Assembly (NCBI GenBank): GCA_046261875.1
Contig: JBHENW010000024.1
Coordinates: 955 to 64,954, forward strand
Length of the DNA stretch: 64,000 bases
Reading direction: 5' to 3'
From: Thermoanaerobaculia bacterium
GTDB lineage: Bacteria; Acidobacteriota; Thermoanaerobaculia; UBA5066; Gp7-AA6
This document shows positions 56,151-64,000 of this stretch, in pieces (position 1 is the first letter of the stretch; every line of letters begins with the position of its first letter). Both the position numbers and the translations under genes were made by a program. The notes beneath the pieces are model-generated. The model saw nothing but the letters and a program-made list of their open reading frames with translations, was not told the DNA's origin and searched no databases.

Positions 56151-57133
56151 TGCGACCGTTCGAGTATGCGAGTCCCCGCCAGAAAGAGCAGGCGGTCGCG
56201 CTCCTTGGCGAGAGCTGGGCCGACGCGCAGGTCCTCGCCGGAGGGACCGACCTCCTCGCGCTGATGAAAGACGACGTCGTCAGCCCGAAGCGGCTCGTCG
56301 ACATCAAGTCGGTCGCCGGCATGAACACGGTCACGTTCAGCCCCGGAACCGGTTTGCGCGTCGGCGCGCTCGTCCGACTGCAGGATTTCGCGGACCATGC
56401 CGAGGTGCGCCGCCGCTACCCGATGCTGGCTCATGCCGCCGGCGACGCCGCCAGCCCGCAGATACGCAACATGGCGACTCTGGGCGGAAACCTCTGCCAG
56501 CGTCCCCGGTGCTGGTACTTCCGAAACGGGCTCGGCCTCGTGCCGAAGAGCGAAGGCGGCAAGTCGCCGGTCCTCGAAGGGGACAACCGGTATCACGCGA
56601 TTCTCGGAAACGACGGCCCGGCGTACTTCGTCAGCCCCTCGAGCGTCGCCCCGGCGCTGATCGCGCTCGGCGCGCGCGCGCGCATCTTCGGGCCCGGCGG
56701 CGCGCGCGAGGTTCCGCTGGAGAAGTTCTTCCGGATCCCGCTGAGCGAGAGCGATCGCGAGCACGACCTGAAGCCCAACGAGATCGTCACGGAGATCGTC
56801 GTGCCGGCGCCGGCCGGTATGCGGACCGGTCATTACGAGGTCCGGCAGAGGGAAGACTTCGACTGGCCGCTCGCCACCGCTTCCGTCGCTCTCGCCTTGA
56901 ACGGCGGCGCCGTGCGGTCCGCCAGGGTCGTGCTCGGTCACGTCGCTCCGGTGCCCTGGCTGTCCGAAGAGGCGGCGGTGGCACTCGCCGGAAAGACGAT
57001 CGATGAGCGGACGGCGGAGGCCGCCGGAGTCGCGGCCCTCGCCAAAGCGAAGAGCCTCGGCCGCAACGAATACAAGATCCAGCTCGCCCGTGTCGCGATC
57101 AAGCGCGCGCTCCTCGCCGCGGCGAAGGCATGA
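56150..57133 (+). CDS. xanthine dehydrogenase-family FAD-binding subunit (CoxM/XdhB-like)
   Basis: FAD-binding PCMH-type domain (VLAGGTDLLALMKD, ATLGGNLCQRP), CO-dehydrogenase flavoprotein C-terminal domain. Confidence 0.8.
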   Translation: MRPFEYASPRQKEQAVALLGESWADAQVLAGGTDLLALMKDDVVSPKRLVDIKSVAGMNTVTFSPGTGLRVGALVRLQDFADHAEVRRRYPMLAHAAGDAASPQIRNMATLGGNLCQRPRCWYFRNGLGLVPKSEGGKSPVLEGDNRYHAILGNDGPAYFVSPSSVAPALIALGARARIFGPGGAREVPLEKFFRIPLSESDREHDLKPNEIVTEIVVPAPAGMRTGHYEVRQREDFDWPLATASVALALNGGAVRSARVVLGHVAPVPWLSEEAAVALAGKTIDERTAEAAGVAALAKAKSLGRNEYKIQLARVAIKRALLAAAKA

Positions 57134-57348
57134 TCGCCGACCCGTTCGACACGAATCGCCCGGGCATTTGCCCGATGCTGCGGTGGAAGAACCAGTTCGT
57201 GCTCGTGGAGCGCGGGGTCGAGCCGGCCAGCCATGAAGGGCTCTTCTGGTGCCTGCAGACCCAGACCTGCATCGGCCCCGACGGCGGCATCGCCGAGCCG
57301 GAGCCTTGCAGCACGCGGTACCGTGAGTGCTACGGCGGAGTGGAATAA
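57130..57348 (+). CDS. hypothetical 72-aa Cys-containing protein translationally coupled to the FAD subunit
   Basis: ATGA overlap at 57130..57133; 6 Cys (C14, C41, C47, C60, C67...); no family assignment. Confidence 0.35.
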   Translation: MIADPFDTNRPGICPMLRWKNQFVLVERGVEPASHEGLFWCLQTQTCIGPDGGIAEPEPCSTRYRECYGGVE

Positions 57349-57387
57349 AGCGGACGATAAAATCCCTCTTTCGGTGAGGAGAGTCCC

Positions 57388-58059
57388 ATGAAGAAGCTCG
57401 CGTTTTGCGTGATCCTGTTCTCCACCGTCGGCATCGCCGTCTCAACCGCCCAGCAGATCCAGGGCGATTACATCGAGACCCGGAGCGCCGACGTGTACAC
57501 CGGCTCCTGCTTCGCCAACGGCGAGGTCGGGCTGGTCGGCAACGAGGCCATCCTCGGCTGGCGCGTCTCGAAAGGCTCCTGGAACGGAGTCTCGCTCGAG
57601 GGCAAGAGCGTGGTCGCCGCGGTAAAGGCCAGGGCGACGCTCGGCGACCCCTATGACGATCCCTACCCGGCCAGGGCCGTGGTCATCGTGGACGAGAGAG
57701 CCAGCGCCCCGCAGCGGACTGCCCTGCTGGCCTTCGCGAAACAGATGGGGGGACGCCTGCTGGAGAACGTGAACACCGTGATCGAGGCGCCGATCTCCTT
57801 CGACGTCGCGGACCACGCGTCCGGCCGACACGGGGCGGCGCTGCTCCGCGCGGGGCGCTTCGTGACCGTGCAAACCAGGTCCGTGAACGAGAACGACCAC
57901 CTGTGCGGTAACGAGGAAACGTTCTATCCCCCGCTGACGAAGACCACGCACGCGATGCCCGCGGTCGCTCTGACGGACCGGTTCCAGGGCCCCGGCCTCG
58001 GCGAGACCTGGAACAGCCGCGACAAGCGGAGCGCGTTCGTCGGCACCTTCGCGCGCTGA
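57388..58059 (+). CDS. hypothetical secreted protein
   Basis: Signal peptide MKKLAFCVILFSTVGIAVSTAQQ; AGGAG RBS; no catalytic motif recognised. Confidence 0.5.
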   Translation: MKKLAFCVILFSTVGIAVSTAQQIQGDYIETRSADVYTGSCFANGEVGLVGNEAILGWRVSKGSWNGVSLEGKSVVAAVKARATLGDPYDDPYPARAVVIVDERASAPQRTALLAFAKQMGGRLLENVNTVIEAPISFDVADHASGRHGAALLRAGRFVTVQTRSVNENDHLCGNEETFYPPLTKTTHAMPAVALTDRFQGPGLGETWNSRDKRSAFVGTFAR

Positions 58060-58151
58060 GGACCGAAAGTAGCGGCGATCGCCGCTCTTTGCAACTTGCT
58101 GAATTACGGTTGCTTGCCGTAATTCCGGTTCTTGCCGAAATTCCATGCCCA

Positions 58152-58212
58152 CTTGACAACGCGTAACCAATTTGTACAAAATGGCGTACATTTGGCTGTA
58201 CAGAATGTGAAG
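58152..58212 (+). promoter_or_regulatory. AT-rich promoter of the TA operon: -35 TTGACA (58152..58157), -10-like TACAAA (58174..58179) and three TGTACA / GTACA half-palindromes at ~11-bp spacing (candidate antitoxin operator)
   Basis: Read directly: CTTGACAACGCGTAACCAATTTGTACAAAATGGCGTACATTTGGCTGTACAGAATG; flanked by a 13-nt direct repeat TTGCCGTAATTCC / TTGCCGAAATTCC at 58122..58146; GC far below the local mean. Confidence 0.5.
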
Positions 58213-58219
58213 GCATGGA

Positions 58220-58492
58220 ATGACCTATGAACTCTCAATTACCCAGGCGCGCGCTGAGCTGACCAAGCTTCCGGAGCGGCTGGCGAAGAGTCCCGACACG
58301 ATTAAGGTGACGCGCCAAGGGAAGGCCGTTCTCGCCGTTCTGCCCTGGGAACTCTACGAGTCAATCCTCGAAACGATGGAAGTGCTGGGCGACCGCGAGC
58401 TCCTGGATTCGCTTCGCCAGAGCGAGCAGGATATTCGGCGCGGTCGCACCGCCTCCCATGAGGAGGTCGGGCGGCGACTCGGGTTGGCCTGA
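58220..58492 (+). CDS. type II antitoxin, Phd/YefM family
   Basis: MTYELSITQARAELTKLPERL...TIKVTRQGKAVLAVLPWELYESILETMEVLGD.ELL.SL, the classic Phd/YefM fold signature. Confidence 0.8.
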   Translation: MTYELSITQARAELTKLPERLAKSPDTIKVTRQGKAVLAVLPWELYESILETMEVLGDRELLDSLRQSEQDIRRGRTASHEEVGRRLGLA

Positions 58493-58539
58493 CGCCCTCG
58501 CGTACCCATCAAGTTCGCTGGACTGAAACCGCGACGGGC

Positions 58540-58842
58540 TTGCTAAAAGCCGTCGGCGACAAGCGCCATCGGAAGAAGATCTACGAAACGGCCGGCCGAC
58601 TCTCGGCCAATTCGCTTCTGCAAGGAAAACCGCTCGCGGAGGATCTGATCGGATTTCGCGGTTTGCGCGCCGTGGGCCAGCGATATCGAATCATCTACTC
58701 CGTCGACCCCGACATCGTCCATGTCTGGGCCGTGGGGGGACTGCGACGAGAGGGCTCCCGCTCTGACATCTACGAACTCGCTCGACGACTACTTCGCCAG
58801 GGTCTTATTGGGCCGTCGCGTGGACGGGGGAAAAAGAAGTGA
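58540..58842 (+). CDS. type II toxin, RelE/ParE family (annotated start is TTG; family-like sequence continues upstream)
   Basis: GKPLAEDLIGFRGLRAVGQRYRIIYSVDPDIVHVWAVGGLRREG RelE/ParE core. In-frame upstream codons encode HQVRWTETATG, resembling the RelE N-terminus, but no ATG/GTG/TTG is available there. Confidence 0.65.
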   Translation: MLKAVGDKRHRKKIYETAGRLSANSLLQGKPLAEDLIGFRGLRAVGQRYRIIYSVDPDIVHVWAVGGLRREGSRSDIYELARRLLRQGLIGPSRGRGKKK

Positions 58843-58903
58843 CTACGAAGCCCGTCAGCCGACGGGCCGGGTAATCGCGCCCCTAGATACCGGCTTTCGT
58901 TTT

Positions 58904-58946
58904 CTGGTTGCGGGAGCAGGATTTAGCCGCGGGCGGACCCGCGGCT
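58904..58946. repeat. second partial copy of the tRNA-fMet 3' end (CTGGTTGCGGGAGCAGGATTT) abutting a 9-bp-stem GC hairpin (AGCCGCGGG-CGGA-CCCGCGGCT)
   Basis: Read directly; the hairpin recurs at 52881..52902 (TCGCCGCGGGCCGACCCGCGGCTG). Confidence 0.6.
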
Positions 58947-59020
58947 GTCTCTGATTGCGATGACTTTGAGCGGGCGGCCACGACGGCCGCCCCTACGGCA
59001 CGCCGAGGCGATCCCAATCC

Positions 59021-59056
59021 CGCCGAAAAAGAAACGCCCGGAGTCTCCTCCCGGCG
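59021..59056 (-). terminator. intrinsic terminator downstream of tRNA-fMet
   Basis: On the minus strand: CGCCGGGAG-GAGA-CTCCGGGCG stem-loop (9-bp stem with one mismatch) followed by TTTCTTTTT. Confidence 0.6.
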
Positions 59057-59066
59057 TCTTAGAAAC

Positions 59067-59144
<78 letters not shown>

Positions 59145-59189
59145 TCTGGAATGGCGCACCTTATCGAAGGCCTCGTTTGCCGTCAAGCC

Positions 59190-62230
<3,041 letters not shown>

Positions 62231-62238
<8 letters not shown>

Positions 62239-62290
62239 TCGTGCATTCCTGCACTTTTGGGCCGCAAAAATGCAATATGCACGATTGACC
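62231..62290. promoter_or_regulatory. perfect 16-bp inverted repeat GGGGTCAATCGTGCAT ... ATGCACGATTGACCCC separated by 28 nt, in the divergent pgm / CAP-gene control region
   Basis: Read directly; the left arm contains the pgm TTG start (62236..62238, minus strand), the right arm ends 4 nt before the CAP-gene ATG (62295); the spacer carries a nested imperfect repeat TGCACTTTTGG / CAAAAATGCA. Confidence 0.5.
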
Positions 62291-62294
62291 CCCA

Positions 62295-63326
62295 ATGCAT
62301 GCCGCGAGCAAGCTAACACGGAGCCTTCTCGCCGGCGCCGCGCTGCAGGCCGCGGCGCTCGGTTGCATCCGCGACGGTTCCTTCGGAGGTCGGCTCTCCG
62401 CCACGTCCCCGCCTGCCGGGGAGCTACGGATCGTCGCACCGGACCTGGCGGCACCACTCTCCGAGCGGATCCCCGATCTGACGTACCCCCACGATCCCGT
62501 CCGCGTGGCCGTCTTCGAGCGCATCAATCGCGATCGGATCGACGGGGGCTTGACGCCGGTCCTATGGGACGAGGGCGCGGCCCGGGTCGCCGACGCGTTC
62601 TGCGTCCGGCAGGTGCGCGAGCGCTCGCGCGGGCACTACCTCACCGACGGCGTCCCGCCGTACGCGCGCACCGGACTGGCGGGCGTCTTCGGCCTGCAGT
62701 CGGAGAACTCGTTCTCCTGGATCACGTCGGCGCTGGAGATCCGCGAGAAGCTCGAGGACCTCGCCCTGATCGGCCACGAGCAAATGGTGTCGGAGAAGCC
62801 GCCGCACGACGGCCACCGCCGGACGATCCTCGACCCGGACGCGACGCACGTCGGCGTGGGGTACGCGGCGGCAGACGGCCGGTTTCAGATGGCTCAGGAA
62901 TTCCTGACGCGGCACCTCGAGCGACTGAGCCTCTCGCGGGCGGCGCACCTCCGGCATGTCGTCCGGCTGGAGGGGCGGACGGTCGAGCGGCGCAGGCTCC
63001 AGTTCGTCACCGTGTCCGTCGAGCCCCCGCCGCGTCCTCTCACGCGCGCCGAGGCGAGCTCCCGGTCGAGCTATTCCTATCCCCGCCCGAGCTTCGCCTA
63101 CGTGCCGGAAGGCCGGCGGGCGATCGAGGTGGCGGGAGTCGGCACGCAACCGGCGATCCGGATGCGAGGCGACCGGGGGTTCTCCTTCACGCTCCTTCCC
63201 GATTCCCCGGGCCTCTGGACGGTCCTCTTCCACACGAGCTGGGCCGACGGCTCGGCCACGACTCCGGGAGGCCTCGCGGTCGTGCGGGTCGAGCGGGCGC
63301 CCCCCGCGGACGCCGCCACCCGATGA
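62295..63326 (+). CDS. CAP (SCP/PR-1-like) domain-containing secreted/lipoprotein
   Basis: Signal/lipobox LLAGAALQAAALGC; CAP-like motifs (GHYLTDG...; GHEQMV...THVGVGYAA). Confidence 0.5.
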   Translation: MHAASKLTRSLLAGAALQAAALGCIRDGSFGGRLSATSPPAGELRIVAPDLAAPLSERIPDLTYPHDPVRVAVFERINRDRIDGGLTPVLWDEGAARVADAFCVRQVRERSRGHYLTDGVPPYARTGLAGVFGLQSENSFSWITSALEIREKLEDLALIGHEQMVSEKPPHDGHRRTILDPDATHVGVGYAAADGRFQMAQEFLTRHLERLSLSRAAHLRHVVRLEGRTVERRRLQFVTVSVEPPPRPLTRAEASSRSSYSYPRPSFAYVPEGRRAIEVAGVGTQPAIRMRGDRGFSFTLLPDSPGLWTVLFHTSWADGSATTPGGLAVVRVERAPPADAATR

Positions 63327-63643
63327 TAACGGTCCTCATCGTCGCGCCCCCCCGCCCGGACCTCGCGGAGCTGGAAGTCCGGGATCCTTCCATCGAAATC
63401 CTCTTCGCGCGGGACGCGGAAGAGACGCTCGAGAAGCTCGGCCGGAACCGCCGGATCGACGCGGTACTCCTTCTCGAGAAAGACCCGCGGGCGACTGCCG
63501 AAGAGATCCTCCAGGACAATCCGGCTGCACCGCCGCTCTATGCACCGCTCCCGGGCGCCGGCGTCGCCGGTGTACGCCCCCTCGCACCGGCACCCCCCTG
63601 GGACCTGCTGTCCTGGATCCGGCGCGACCTTTCGGCCGCCTGA
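63323..63643 (+). CDS. hypothetical protein with degenerate CheY-like (pseudo-receiver) pattern
   Basis: ATGA overlap with the CAP gene stop; MITVLIVAPPRPDLAELEV...IEILFARDAEETLEKL...IDAVLLLEKD mimics a receiver beta/alpha layout, but the phospho-acceptor Asp position is Glu/Lys; weak. Confidence 0.3.
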   Translation: MITVLIVAPPRPDLAELEVRDPSIEILFARDAEETLEKLGRNRRIDAVLLLEKDPRATAEEILQDNPAAPPLYAPLPGAGVAGVRPLAPAPPWDLLSWIRRDLSAA

Positions 63644-63786
63644 AAAGGCCGGGTGGCCCCGGCCGGCGTCGGTTAAGATGTCGGTCCGGCGTCTTACCGG
63701 ACGCGGAAGAAAAGATGAACACGGATGCCCCCGCTTCGGGCGCCGAGCGGCGTCAAATGCGGCATCCATGAGGGTTAGGGGGCGCG

Positions 63787-64000
63787 ATGGCTGGCTGCGG
63801 AGGCTGCTCGGCTGGAGGCAACTCGTTCAATCCCGGCGGGCACTACATCGGGATCCGAATCAACGAAAACGAGGACGGGCGGGTCGTCTTTTGCGAGACG
63901 CTCGGGCAGACCGTCGAGAAGGGTCAGCGGGTCATCGTCGAGGGGGACATCGGGCTCGAGTACGGCCAGGTCGTCAGCCTCCGCCCCATGATCCTCAAGC
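63787..64000 (+). CDS. hypothetical protein, 5'-partial view (ORF continues beyond window end)
   Basis: Open to the window edge; MAGCGGCSAGG... then IGIRINENEDGRVVFCETLGQTVEKGQRVIVEGDIGLEYGQVVSL; no firm family call. Confidence 0.25.
   Translation, partial: MAGCGGCSAGGNSFNPGGHYIGIRINENEDGRVVFCETLGQTVEKGQRVIVEGDIGLEYGQVVSLRPMILK

Overview
This is a high-GC (~68-70%) window with very dense coding. Its content is typical of an Acidobacteriota- or Gemmatimonadota-like Gram-negative chromosome, but that taxon guess is weak. Most of the long ORFs in the six-frame track that overlap the genes below are artefacts of stop-codon scarcity at this GC.

Housekeeping and metabolic genes I can support:
- a HlyD / ABC ATPase / ABC-2 permease exporter operon (permease truncated at the window start);
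- purE, and a CobB sirtuin translationally coupled to a GNAT acetyltransferase;
- an 8.8-kb cyclic beta-1,2-glucan synthase (NdvB/Cgs, GT84+GH94) followed by a DUF4097 beta-helix protein;
- two paralogous PQQ-type sugar/sorbosone-dehydrogenase beta-propeller proteins, one partnered with a DUF2231 membrane protein and the other with a small cytochrome c;
- a TonB-dependent receptor, and a DUF3131/GH144-like protein (candidate endo-beta-1,2-glucanase);
- an Lpd-like flavoprotein disulfide oxidoreductase and a ClpB-D1-only AAA+ protein;
- an M1 aminopeptidase, and an ArsR-Qor pair;
- an alpha-lytic-protease-like S1 lipoprotein;
- a GntR(YtrA)-BVMO-ABC-DUF4386-DinB cluster, a zinc-type ADH, an EamA transporter and an NmrA-like protein;
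- glpD-glpK, and an ECF sigma / anti-sigma pair;
- a Tat-dependent xanthine-dehydrogenase-family molybdoenzyme (2Fe-2S / Moco / FAD subunits) and a Phd/YefM-RelE toxin-antitoxin;
- an initiator tRNA-fMet with an intrinsic terminator;
- ftsB-eno-pgm, and a CAP-domain protein.

The main observations from the hunt are:
- the xanthine-dehydrogenase/TA segment (~52.8-59.1 kb) is bracketed by direct repeats of the tRNA-fMet 3' end plus its terminator, with a third partial copy, which looks like an integration-site (att) signature but with no integrase present;
- several genes are decayed with multiple frameshifts (M19 dipeptidase, MmyB-like regulator, ilvA/tdcB-like dehydratase) or carry an in-frame TAG (DUF4386), while far larger genes are intact;
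- there are several conspicuous palindromic operators;
- neighbouring genes routinely overlap by 4 nt (ATGA/GTGA/TTGA), which supports the non-ATG starts I have called.
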